A stretch of 64,000 nucleotides of DNA from a virus. Its lineage: Duplodnaviria > Caudoviricetes. The notes under the pieces are model-generated. The model worked only from the letters and a program-made list of their open reading frames with translations. It was not told the DNA's origin and did not search any database. Positions 20,493 to 30,172 of the stretch are shown here, piece by piece. Location of the stretch: positions 160,001 through 224,000 of IMG/VR virus record IMGVR_UViG_3300033463_000004; one strand, given 5' to 3'. The position numbers were made by a program, and so were the translations under genes. Within the stretch, counting starts at the first letter, position 1, and every line of letters begins with the position of its first letter.

Positions 20493-20503
20493 GAGAAGAT
20501 GAT

Positions 20504-20525
20504 GACGGCGGGGAAACCCGCCGTC
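20504..20525. terminator. terminator hairpin
   Basis: GACGGCGGG-GAAA-CCCGCCGTC, T-rich downstream on the plus strand. Confidence 0.7.
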
Positions 20526-20535
20526 TCATTCTTTT

Positions 20536-21138
20536 TTATTCGTCATCATCGATAAATTCTGCACACAGCATTCCACCACTCATATTCACAAGTCGTTGAA
20601 CAGTCGATATTGATATAATCATTTTCGATCGTTCTTCCGGTGATGACTTATAGAATTTTGATACAAGTTGTGATACATTATTCACAATTGTCGGTTTTAA
20701 AGTTTCCGTCATTTTCCGTCTAATGTCAGATGGAGTTATTTTATAATATTCTAAAATATCTCCAAACATTTGAGTGAAGTTAATTGGTTCTTTGTAGAAA
20801 AACCATTCAAATGATCTTTCAAATGTATCACTATCATATCGATCCAACCACACATAGCAATATATTTTTGGTTGTTTAATATGAATAATTTCCAATACCT
20901 CTTGTAATTTTGATTGAGATATTGTATTCGTTTCAGAATTTAATAACTTCACGAGTCTGTCATTCAATGTTGTCAATTTGATTGTACCGTAATCTACGGC
21001 TTTACATAATGCTGACATCAGGATATCATTGTTGACTTTCTTGGAAAAATCAACAACTGGTTTGATATCAACGACATCATGTAACTTCTCAACAGATTCT
21101 TTTGTAATCATTGCTTTTGCTTCTTCCAAAGTCAACAT
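20536..21138 (-). CDS. hypothetical protein
   Basis: 200-aa ORF, AAGGAGG RBS, leader hairpin near 21160-21197. Confidence 0.7.
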   Translation of the reverse strand: MLTLEEAKAMITKESVEKLHDVVDIKPVVDFSKKVNNDILMSALCKAVDYGTIKLTTLNDRLVKLLNSETNTISQSKLQEVLEIIHIKQPKIYCYVWLDRYDSDTFERSFEWFFYKEPINFTQMFGDILEYYKITPSDIRRKMTETLKPTIVNNVSQLVSKFYKSSPEERSKMIISISTVQRLVNMSGGMLCAEFIDDDE

Positions 21139-21222
21139 GATTATTTTCCTCCTTTTATTTTTTGTGTCATGCGTATTATTTCACCATGACACGAAAATTA
21201 TATATTTATTAAATAATAAAAA

Positions 21223-21250
21223 TTATACGGGGGCCGAAGCCCCCGTATAA
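21223..21250 (-). terminator. terminator
   Basis: TTATACGGGGGC-CGAA-GCCCCCGTATAA (UUCG loop on minus) after the 21259 stop. Confidence 0.75.
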
Positions 21251-21258
21251 TATTCGTA

Positions 21259-22032
21259 TTAGTATCTCGCCATATGAGATGCACTCGGATCAAGCTTGAA
21301 CATATAATCCATCTCACACAGACAGTACTCAATGATTGCTCGATTGAGACCTTCCTCTGCAGACATGGTATTACCAGCATAAGCTGCTTCAGAAACAAAC
21401 TTTGCAGAGATACGAAGAATGACAGATTCATTCGTTGATTCATCTGTTGCAACATTTGATTTTCTTTCCACAAGCTTTTCATCAAGATCAGTAAATACCG
21501 GTGCAGCATTTGATTGTGTAATGACCTTTGCAACATCATTAACAACCTTTTTAGATACGACTTCTTTGATACGTTTCCGGAGTTCATCATAGTTCTCAAT
21601 ATTCTCGAGTTCTTCTTTCAGATCCTCCGAATCGGCTGTGGTAGAATCATCCTGACGATCAACAACTTTTGACTGAACAGTCATGGTCTTTGCATCAATC
21701 TCCTGAATAATATCAGAGAGAATTGGTGAATTGAGCTTGTTACTTGCCTTGCACAGATAGTCATAGCAAGAACAACCATAATCATCATGGATGTGTTTCA
21801 TAATGGACTGATCAATCATTCCATCAAGATCCTTTGTCTCATCATGCATCATTGCACAGATGAGATCCTTAAGAACATACAGTGACAGCTTCTCACGGAA
21901 CTTACCTGCATCAAATGTGTGTGGCATATCCACACCAGGATTTTGATGAATCGTTGAGTTTACCGTGTTCGGAAACTTGTTGTTGGCGCCATCAATGATC
22001 GCATCCAACATACTTTTGATATCAGCCGGCAT
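21259..22032 (-). CDS. putative virion head protein
   Basis: 257-aa acidic helical ORF downstream of the head polyprotein. Confidence 0.5.
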   Translation of the reverse strand: MPADIKSMLDAIIDGANNKFPNTVNSTIHQNPGVDMPHTFDAGKFREKLSLYVLKDLICAMMHDETKDLDGMIDQSIMKHIHDDYGCSCYDYLCKASNKLNSPILSDIIQEIDAKTMTVQSKVVDRQDDSTTADSEDLKEELENIENYDELRKRIKEVVSKKVVNDVAKVITQSNAAPVFTDLDEKLVERKSNVATDESTNESVILRISAKFVSEAAYAGNTMSAEEGLNRAIIEYCLCEMDYMFKLDPSASHMARY

Positions 22033-22053
22033 TGTATTTCACTCCTTTCATTA

Positions 22054-23712
22054 TTAATAACATTGGCTGGTGAAATCTGCTTTAGTGAAATCCTTCTTTT
22101 TCAAAGATTCTTTCGTGATAAACAGATAAGCATTGCCATTGTCACCCCAACCGATGAAATCGTCGCTCGTCAATTGAAGCAACGTGACACTGTTATTTTT
22201 GTTATATCTGGAATCTCTGATGTCGTACTGGATGAATGCTGGATATCCACCGATTTTGTCTGCTCCACATGGATAGTCCCAACGCGGGAATGCATTTGGA
22301 TACTTAAACACCAATTGAAAAACATCTTCTGCAGTATGTGTTTTGGTTGTATCGTATTCATTCCATTTCTTAGCAAAGAGCTCTTCATAGTTATTGATCT
22401 CATCGCTGGTAGAAGGATTCAATGATTCTTTCATAGTTTTGAATCCGACATGACGCAAGACCGGTGAACCTTCAAACCACGGATCTTCCAAATAATCGGG
22501 TCTGTTATATACATTATCAGAAACCTGGTCAGCAATCGAAGGTTTTTTTGTATCTGAATAATACAAGACCTTCGATTCTTGTCCACCTTTTCTAAGGGGT
22601 CCCAACCATAATTGCAGAATACCACTTGTAGGAAGATCCGGTATCGCTCTAGGAACATCTGCGAGATTGATTTGGATTATGAATCTCATCTCTTTACCGT
22701 CGGATGTTTTTGGGATCACTGGAGCATATACAGGTTTTCCATACGCGCAGGAATCGTCAGGTTTCGGATTTTGTAAAGCATGGAAATCTGTTAATACAAC
22801 AACATCTGTTTGTGTTTCTGACTTGATTTCATCAAGAATCTTTTTGAACAGAGTTCTTTCGATTGGGAAATCGGATGGGATTGATTCTTTCTTATCAGAA
22901 GTTTTTGGTTGTGGTTTGGCTCCAGGGAATTTTTTATTGGCATTTTCTTTTGCCTTTTCCCACATCTTACTGAAGAATCCTTCTTGAATCATACCATTGT
23001 CATTGATGTAACGTTTATACATTGACTTGACATATTCTTCGAAGGTTCCATTAAATTCTTTTTCACCCTTTGTGTCGTAAACATATACTGAGTTTTTATA
23101 GTATAACAAAGCATCATCGTGTTGTATTACACCAAACACGAGTTCGCCATCCGTATACATTTCGTCATCATCAGATTTTGTATACCACGCGACAGTCTCA
23201 GCATCTGCGAAGAAATAATACGTTTCGTAACCATCTTCATCTTTTACTTCGAATTCGCTGGCTTTTACAAGTGCTTGATATTCCTTTGATTTGAATACCT
23301 TAACAAACTCAGCTGGAAGTTTTCTACCGAGCCACGTTTCAATGTACTCGACATCATCAGGTTCAGGTCTCGTAAGAACTTTTTCAAGTTCGGCGAATGT
23401 TGATGCAAGCTCATGTGTCTTTGTACCATTTCTGAGCATATAAGACTTTGACGCAATATCATAATAGATAGAAGCGTCATTAGAACATTCGAACAGAGGA
23501 ATTTGTGTTCGAATAATGTTCATTTTAAGCAACATCTTAGCTTGCCAGATACGGGTGACAATATAGATAGTATTGTCTATTTTGACAAACTTTCCACGCC
23601 ATCCATATCCATTTCTTGCGTTGTTAACAAGAAACTTTTTAAGATCGTCTGGTAATGGTCCTGACATTTTTTCAATTTTTGAGACAGTCTTATTCGCCAT
23701 CAACTGGCTCAA
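22054..23712 (-). CDS. two SMI1/KNR4 (SUKH)-like domains plus DUF1963/YwqG domain; probably the -1 frame continuation of 23709-26108
   Basis: IE..LG.KLP.EF and LPDDLKKFL SUKH starts; FIIQINL.D.P..LP.SGILQ, KIGGYP.F.Q.D.R, LLQL.SD..WGD.G.AY.FI YwqG motifs. Confidence 0.7.
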   Translation of the reverse strand: MSQLMANKTVSKIEKMSGPLPDDLKKFLVNNARNGYGWRGKFVKIDNTIYIVTRIWQAKMLLKMNIIRTQIPLFECSNDASIYYDIASKSYMLRNGTKTHELASTFAELEKVLTRPEPDDVEYIETWLGRKLPAEFVKVFKSKEYQALVKASEFEVKDEDGYETYYFFADAETVAWYTKSDDDEMYTDGELVFGVIQHDDALLYYKNSVYVYDTKGEKEFNGTFEEYVKSMYKRYINDNGMIQEGFFSKMWEKAKENANKKFPGAKPQPKTSDKKESIPSDFPIERTLFKKILDEIKSETQTDVVVLTDFHALQNPKPDDSCAYGKPVYAPVIPKTSDGKEMRFIIQINLADVPRAIPDLPTSGILQLWLGPLRKGGQESKVLYYSDTKKPSIADQVSDNVYNRPDYLEDPWFEGSPVLRHVGFKTMKESLNPSTSDEINNYEELFAKKWNEYDTTKTHTAEDVFQLVFKYPNAFPRWDYPCGADKIGGYPAFIQYDIRDSRYNKNNSVTLLQLTSDDFIGWGDNGNAYLFITKESLKKKDFTKADFTSQCY

Positions 23713-26108
23713 ATTTGAAAAAAACCTTCTTGAACATTTGATGTCAACTTGCTTTTGAATTTAGACCATGATTTCGCAATGACAACTTTTTCCGAATTCA
23801 TCTTGTCAAGGAAGAATACATCATTCGATTTGAGATCAAAGAATAACGTAAATTGATCACCCGATTCAATAGATTCAGCTGTGCCAATTTGGATTTTCGT
23901 ACAGGGATACTTTTCGAACGTTGCGATATCCTCATCAACAGAAGTCTGTTTTCCGTTGTTAATCACAGCAATCATATGTCTTGCGTCTTCATCATAATAT
24001 TCAGACCAGTCAGCAAGATGTATGTCGACAATCAAATCACTAATCAAATCACTAATACCGGATGCAGAATATTTAAATTCCCCATCACAGTTACTATTGC
24101 CTTGTTCAGATGCTTTCACATCATCCCTGAAATCAGCAGGCATGTGATCTTCGGCATATTTATAAATAGCCGATCTCAGTCTACTTCTTTCATCAACTGA
24201 TTCTTGAACAGGTTTACCCATCTTTGCTTCAACCATCTTCAGAACACCGGTTGCTTCTGAAACAAATGCTTGAATCATTCTCTTGACAGTCATGATACTT
24301 CCCTGATCGATATCTGCACGAAGCATCTTAATCAGATCAGACAGACAATGATTCAGTTTTAAGAGTTGATTGCGTTCAGTTTCATTAAAACTTTTTGTCA
24401 TTTTAGAAGCATGATGGACTACACGATTGAGCTTCCATCCTTCTTTCTTGAATTCAGAACAAATTTGCTCAATCTCCATATCGGAGCTATTCAATATGCC
24501 GAGCGCTTTTCTGAGGTGAATATCCAGCTCCTTATTAATATTACCTCTTGTCAGAAAAAAAGCTTCTTGCTCCACATTATCAACCGGCGGAACATCGGAA
24601 TCAACAGGTGGTTGAACATTTGTATCAGAACTCTGTAAGAATTCTTTCAGTTTTTCCATTGGCATGCTCTTCATCTTTTCTTGTGCTTGTGCAAGAATTT
24701 CATCCATTGACATATTATCAAAGTCAACATCAGAAGTTTCTGCTGGCATGTCATCAACTGCAGGAGCAGCTTCATCTCCACCGCCGAGTTCTGCATTCAA
24801 CTCATCTTCGGTCGGAGCTTCGTCTCCACCCAGATCTGCATCAACACCATCGATATTTACATCGTTCTCAGCATTTGCATCATTCTGGGTTTCATCTGCA
24901 ACCTTCTCTGCGATTTGGTCAGATACATTATTCGTATCGACGACTTCTTTGTTCTCACCATCTGCAGGAGTTTCGGTTCCAGTATCACCTTCAACAGGTG
25001 CTTCGGTTCCTTCTGCAGGCGGAGCAGCTGTTGTATCATCACCAGCAGGTTGTTCCATACCATCTGCTGGAGGAGCATCAAATGATACTGCTGGAGCATC
25101 AGGATTTGCAGCAGGTGCTTCATCAGGATTACCGAAATCAATTGCTTCTTGAACAAACCGACTCGGTGCACGATAACCTGATGCGATCATTGCAGCTTCC
25201 TGCTGAATTGCAACGCTCTTTGTCATTGTGTAAATATGAGGAATATCCATTGTTGTTACAGTGGATTCACCACCTTTAATAGGTTGACTCCATTCAACAA
25301 ATGACTTTTCACCGGTACTGTCGATTTCAAACTCAACGACAACTGCCAATTTGTCAGCTGGCTCTTTTGGAACCGTAATACCGACAGGAGTGATCTTATC
25401 CCACAATGCATCAGAAGTCTGTGCGTCAACCTTTGGACCGAACTGAGTGAATGCAGCCTCCTGAATTGCTTCAATGCCATTTTGACGGAATGCGATAACA
25501 CTGTCAAGTTGCTTCTTTAGAATCGTACGATTCTGTGCAGCCTCGAAGTTAACATCGAGCTTAACAGAATAATCTTTTCCATACAATGTACCACATTCCA
25601 TGACAATCTTCGAAGGAACACGATCATCATGAAGTTCAACTCGATCAAAACCGAACAAACCTTCCTGAATGCAGTAATTTTTGTATGCTGCAAACTGCTC
25701 TCTGGCAATTCCCTCAACACGATTTGCAAATTCCTCGTCAGATTCGCGTTGATACTGCATCGTAGTATTATACGCTTCCTGATAGAAATCATTCATTGTT
25801 TTCATTCTGGTGTAATCTGTATCAGACTCCTGAACATTTGCATCACCAGGAACATTCGTGACACGACCGTCAAGAAGATTCATCTCAACAGCAGTGATTT
25901 CAATATCATCTTCCAAAGGAATATCAATCTTAGTGAACGGACGAGAGCTACCTGCTTCAGTTCCTTCGACACTCAGATCATCCAGCTCTTGGAAGAGATG
26001 CGCACATTCCAGAATTGCTTCATTCATTTGTGCTTCTTCATTTACAGCTTCAAAAGCTTTTGCTTCTTCTTGGCGAGCTTTAAGCTGCTGGCTGATGTAA
26101 TCAAGCAT
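23709..26108 (-). CDS. acidic internal head protein/polyprotein with many xQE(A/S/G) motifs and a C-terminal SUKH-like domain
   Basis: VQES, YQEA, IQEG, IQEA, QQEA, VQEA, EQEA, VQES, VQEG; C-terminal IG..GD.F.LFFD..V..D..IAKSWSKF. Confidence 0.65.
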   Translation of the reverse strand: MLDYISQQLKARQEEAKAFEAVNEEAQMNEAILECAHLFQELDDLSVEGTEAGSSRPFTKIDIPLEDDIEITAVEMNLLDGRVTNVPGDANVQESDTDYTRMKTMNDFYQEAYNTTMQYQRESDEEFANRVEGIAREQFAAYKNYCIQEGLFGFDRVELHDDRVPSKIVMECGTLYGKDYSVKLDVNFEAAQNRTILKKQLDSVIAFRQNGIEAIQEAAFTQFGPKVDAQTSDALWDKITPVGITVPKEPADKLAVVVEFEIDSTGEKSFVEWSQPIKGGESTVTTMDIPHIYTMTKSVAIQQEAAMIASGYRAPSRFVQEAIDFGNPDEAPAANPDAPAVSFDAPPADGMEQPAGDDTTAAPPAEGTEAPVEGDTGTETPADGENKEVVDTNNVSDQIAEKVADETQNDANAENDVNIDGVDADLGGDEAPTEDELNAELGGGDEAAPAVDDMPAETSDVDFDNMSMDEILAQAQEKMKSMPMEKLKEFLQSSDTNVQPPVDSDVPPVDNVEQEAFFLTRGNINKELDIHLRKALGILNSSDMEIEQICSEFKKEGWKLNRVVHHASKMTKSFNETERNQLLKLNHCLSDLIKMLRADIDQGSIMTVKRMIQAFVSEATGVLKMVEAKMGKPVQESVDERSRLRSAIYKYAEDHMPADFRDDVKASEQGNSNCDGEFKYSASGISDLISDLIVDIHLADWSEYYDEDARHMIAVINNGKQTSVDEDIATFEKYPCTKIQIGTAESIESGDQFTLFFDLKSNDVFFLDKMNSEKVVIAKSWSKFKSKLTSNVQEGFFQI

Positions 26109-26189
26109 AATGAAATTCTCCTTTACAAATTTTTTTATAAATAGAGACACATATCGTTTTCATGTGTGGCGATATGTTATCTCTATTTA

Positions 26190-26336
26190 TTATAGTATGA
26201 CACCAAATGTTTCAAGAAAAATCTCTGAAACCATTTCTGGTGTTAACTCTGAAATACCAACGTCTTCTAATTCAAGATCACCTTCAAGTGTGGTCCCGTT
26301 GATAGAAGGTTTGTTTTCAAGTTCATTATAATCCAT
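26190..26336 (-). CDS. 48-aa protein with DYNELENKPSING motif
   Basis: TGGAGGTGG RBS; motif common in phage tail-associated proteins. Confidence 0.6.
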   Translation of the reverse strand: MDYNELENKPSINGTTLEGDLELEDVGISELTPEMVSEIFLETFGVIL

Positions 26337-26355
26337 AGGCCACCTCCAGAAAGGA

Positions 26356-28293
26356 ATGAATAATATGAATCCGTATGATGAATATTTGGACAGAGTTTTC
26401 AAAGTATATATGCAGATGCATCCGGATCGAAATCCGGATAAAGTAAAGCAACATATACAAGAAATGACTGACCGGAATTTTAAAGATATCCCATGCCAAT
26501 TGAATAATAACATTACACATGAAACAATCAACACGAGTGTTTGTCAAACATTTAATTGGATTGAACAACGTTCGCCGATTATTTCAGGTAATGGTACATT
26601 TTTCATGCAACATGAAGAATACCTTGCACCGATTGTGGTCATGCTTGAAACATTGCAGGCTGAACGTAAAGGTGTCAAGAAAGAAATGTACAAGCACGAC
26701 AAAAAATCGGTTGAATATGCTCTGTTGAATACAGAGCAAGGATCGATTAAGGTCATTATGAATGCTGACTACGGCGGGTCTGGAACGACGTTGTCACCAT
26801 TCTATTCTTGCTATATCCCGCCTGCAACGACGGGCTCCGCTAAGGTTATGACCACAACCTTAATCTGCTGTTTGGAAATGCTCTCTGGTAATCAAGATAA
26901 ATGGGCAAAGATTCAAAATATCAATGGTCTATACGATTTCATTCATATTGTATTAACTGATACAGAAGAGCGTCCAAATGCAATTAAGGATAAATTTGAT
27001 ATTGATGAAATATGCGATGCTTTGCTGAGTTTCGTTCATAATTATTCATATGAAGATGTCAAATATCTGAAAGCATTTCTTTTCACGCTAACAGACGAGC
27101 AGCGAACAAGATTGCGGTTAGCATTCCAAGTGAAATATGTTTTAAATGAATATTTGCAAACAGAAATCGATGTGGTAATGGAATATTTGAAATCACATCG
27201 TATAAACTGGAATAATATCTCAAAAGAAACATTACAGATATCTGGATTTGGTACCGAGATACCACCAGAAATCAAACCACAAATGGATCGAATCAGTCAG
27301 GTTGTATTGGATAATTGTTGTTATCCATTTATATTAAATGATAATGAAGTTCGTGCAGCAGAAATGCAACGAGTTATTGTATGTATTACAGATACGGATT
27401 CGTTGATGGTTCATTTTGCAAATTATCTGGACGAGTTCCATGCACATGTTGAGAACTTCCGTGATAGTTGCATTGTTGCATCTGCCTTGGGTATGCGATT
27501 ATTCGTTGAAAATATTATTCCAAAAATGGTACGATATCTGACGATTGGTTGTAATATTAAAGATGAATACTATCGAAAGAAGTTTGTGTTCAAAAATGAA
27601 TTTGGTTTCTTGGCACAAGCATTAATTGCAAAGAAAATGTATGCCTCATCTATGTTTGTGCAAGAGGGTTCTCCGCGTGATATTCATGATATTGCCGTAT
27701 CGGGTTTGTCATTTAAGAAACGTGATTCCGCAGAATTCTTGGAAGACATTATGGTGCATCTTTATGATAAATACATTCTGACACCAGATCGTGTATCCGT
27801 TGAAGGAATCATGGATGAATATTATGCATTACGTGACAAATTGAAAGGAGAACTCACGTACAATCCAAAGTATTATCAGGTATTAAGTTTGAAGGATGTA
27901 TCGGCATATGATCCGACAAAACGACTTCCTGCTCAAATGCTTGGTGCGTTGGTATGGAATGAAATCATGCCTGATGAACAGTTACTTCCGATGGATCGTG
28001 TCATTGTTGTTCGTTTATCATTTGAGAAAATGCAACAGCATGCCCCGAACAATCAACGAATTGCAACGGTGTTAAGATTGTCTTTGAATAACAACGAAAA
28101 GATGAAAGATACACCTTTCATCTGTCTGCCAGAACATTATCATGAAATTCCAGACTGGGTTTCATTAATCATTGATGAAGAAGGCATGGTAGATAAGTTG
28201 TTAACGCCTTTCAAACAACTGTTAAGTTTGTTTGATATTATGGTCGCAGAGACCAAAGCTGGAGCAGTATCATCTAGAATGATCTGCTTATAA
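26356..28293 (+). CDS. family B DNA polymerase, polymerase subunit of a split enzyme
   Basis: SIKVIMNADYGG (motif B), TDTDS (motif C), KKMYA; no exonuclease or DxxSLYPS motif; start may be 26365. Confidence 0.85.
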   Translation: MNNMNPYDEYLDRVFKVYMQMHPDRNPDKVKQHIQEMTDRNFKDIPCQLNNNITHETINTSVCQTFNWIEQRSPIISGNGTFFMQHEEYLAPIVVMLETLQAERKGVKKEMYKHDKKSVEYALLNTEQGSIKVIMNADYGGSGTTLSPFYSCYIPPATTGSAKVMTTTLICCLEMLSGNQDKWAKIQNINGLYDFIHIVLTDTEERPNAIKDKFDIDEICDALLSFVHNYSYEDVKYLKAFLFTLTDEQRTRLRLAFQVKYVLNEYLQTEIDVVMEYLKSHRINWNNISKETLQISGFGTEIPPEIKPQMDRISQVVLDNCCYPFILNDNEVRAAEMQRVIVCITDTDSLMVHFANYLDEFHAHVENFRDSCIVASALGMRLFVENIIPKMVRYLTIGCNIKDEYYRKKFVFKNEFGFLAQALIAKKMYASSMFVQEGSPRDIHDIAVSGLSFKKRDSAEFLEDIMVHLYDKYILTPDRVSVEGIMDEYYALRDKLKGELTYNPKYYQVLSLKDVSAYDPTKRLPAQMLGALVWNEIMPDEQLLPMDRVIVVRLSFEKMQQHAPNNQRIATVLRLSLNNNEKMKDTPFICLPEHYHEIPDWVSLIIDEEGMVDKLLTPFKQLLSLFDIMVAETKAGAVSSRMICL

Positions 28294-28312
28294 AATGAAA
28301 GGAGAATCCATA

Positions 28313-28873
28313 ATGTTTGAAGAAATCTACGTATGGTTGGAATCATATGGTGGAACATCATTTGATTTCGACGAATCAATTCAAGAAATTGGAGAGACTG
28401 AAGCAATCGTTGATCCATTTACATGGCATACGGGAATTGATATTATATTAACACAATTGGACGAAGCATGTGATATCATTGATGAATATTGGCGTGCAAT
28501 TCCAGAAGGTATGCCAAATCGTAAAAAGATGAAACGTATGTTGACCGAAAATGTTCTTGGTTTAGTTGTTGGCAATATTCGTTCAATCTGTAATATGTTA
28601 AATTTAAATCTTGAAGAAATCAAAACAATGGATCAACTCCATGTTGTAATTGATGCGTTATATGAATTGATCAATCTGTTGCGCACACATACGATTGATG
28701 AAATCATTAAGAACGGATTATATGATCAACATGAAGAGGAAAATGATAATTCATTTGCAAATGTGCTGAATGTCATGAAAGAAGATATGGCGCAGCTTGC
28801 AATGAATGTGACATCTATTCAAGATGAGTATTACGATTCTTTGGATAATGAGGATTTAGACGAATTATATTGA
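28313..28873 (+). CDS. acidic hypothetical protein
   Basis: AAAGGAG RBS. Confidence 0.7.
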   Translation: MFEEIYVWLESYGGTSFDFDESIQEIGETEAIVDPFTWHTGIDIILTQLDEACDIIDEYWRAIPEGMPNRKKMKRMLTENVLGLVVGNIRSICNMLNLNLEEIKTMDQLHVVIDALYELINLLRTHTIDEIIKNGLYDQHEEENDNSFANVLNVMKEDMAQLAMNVTSIQDEYYDSLDNEDLDELY

Positions 28874-28902
28874 TTCAGAACATAATATATATTGTTCTGA
28901 AT
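28873..28902. promoter_or_regulatory. perfect 10-bp inverted repeat enclosing TAATATATAT
   Basis: ATTCAGAACA-TAATATATAT-TGTTCTGAAT upstream of the SSB-like gene. Confidence 0.45.
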
Positions 28903-28949
28903 GGTCACAACATTAACATATATCATATTCTGAAAGGAGAGTGGCTGCA

Positions 28950-29534
28950 ATGCCGTTCCAAAATTCCAATGGTTTTAATAACCAAAATGCATCACAAGGC
29001 GAAAAGAAAAAGACTAACTTCCCTGTTGGTAGACTTTTCGGTACTGACGCTGTCATGAATCTGAGCGTTTGGAATTCTGATTCCGCTGTTTACACCATAT
29101 TCTCAATCAAACAATCTGTCGGTAAAGATCCGACAACTGGTGGAAATGTTTATGAACAGAAAATGCCGAATGAACTTCCGCGTGTGTTCATGAATCCGGA
29201 AATTCTTACAGCTTTCACAACTGGTTGTGAATCTCTGGATATTACCCAATCAGTAACAATTCAGATCCCGCAGAAGAATGGTTCTAAAATCACAATCGCA
29301 ACGAATGATTCTCAAGTCAAAATTACACTTGAGACACAGAAACAGGGTACTAGAACTGTGACGTTCGAACCGATTCCGTTTGGTTCTACGAAGATCAATT
29401 CTCAGTGGAAGAATATGTTGTATCTTCTGAATATTGCTATGAAGAAAGCACTCCTGGCAAAGTTGGATACAGCTGAATTCGGTACTGCAATTGCTGCATC
29501 AGGTGATGCTGCAGATGAGGAGTTGCCAATCTAA
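28950..29534 (+). CDS. putative single-stranded nucleic-acid-binding protein
   Basis: beta-rich core; acidic tail ending DEELPI; next to the DNA polymerase. Confidence 0.5.
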   Translation: MPFQNSNGFNNQNASQGEKKKTNFPVGRLFGTDAVMNLSVWNSDSAVYTIFSIKQSVGKDPTTGGNVYEQKMPNELPRVFMNPEILTAFTTGCESLDITQSVTIQIPQKNGSKITIATNDSQVKITLETQKQGTRTVTFEPIPFGSTKINSQWKNMLYLLNIAMKKALLAKLDTAEFGTAIAASGDAADEELPI

Positions 29535-30148
29535 TGGTTGATTTTTCCAGTATCGGACAAGACGCTTTTCTGGTTCAATATGAAGATATCATATCTTTAA
29601 TCGGATTGAATGTTGTTCGTTTTATCAGATCGAAACAGAATCTGGAATCAACGGATGAATTGACATTGGAATATCTAAATCGGACGGATTATGATATTGC
29701 AAAGTTTGTTCGTGAACGAAATCTGATTGATTGTGATTTTCCGATTACGCAAATGATGAATTCAAAGATTGCATGTCAACCAAATTTGGCATATGCTTTC
29801 AAGATGATCAATGCGGCACATCAGAATGGAATTACTCGTTTCTATATTCATTCAAATGAATATTCTCCTGTAATTGAGCAATTTGTCAATGATTTGGAAA
29901 TCAAAATAACGTATGTGCACGGGGATATTATCCCCGTGCTCAATGCGTTGCCCAACTGTACATATACAACATCTAACCCAGATAATATTCGGAAATGTAT
30001 GAATGTTAATGTTCCATTTGCATTGACAATTGTCGATGATTTCCAATATGTTGGACCGATCGTATTGGATCAATCATTTATAGATAAACTGAGACAGAAA
30101 AACGTTTATGTTCAATTCACCGGTGTGATATCCGCCGGAATCATCTGA
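29534..30148 (+). CDS. conserved hypothetical protein (possible degenerate HAD fold)
   Basis: 204-aa alpha/beta ORF in the replication/transcription block. Confidence 0.45.
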   Translation: MVDFSSIGQDAFLVQYEDIISLIGLNVVRFIRSKQNLESTDELTLEYLNRTDYDIAKFVRERNLIDCDFPITQMMNSKIACQPNLAYAFKMINAAHQNGITRFYIHSNEYSPVIEQFVNDLEIKITYVHGDIIPVLNALPNCTYTTSNPDNIRKCMNVNVPFALTIVDDFQYVGPIVLDQSFIDKLRQKNVYVQFTGVISAGII

Positions 30149-30172
30149 TATCATTTCCACTTAGTCAGGAGG

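Noticed and set aside
24548-25279. Long plus-strand ORFs opposite the head protein (and similar shadows such as 52329-53045)
   Set aside because: Antisense shadows of biased-codon genes; no RBS and implausible composition
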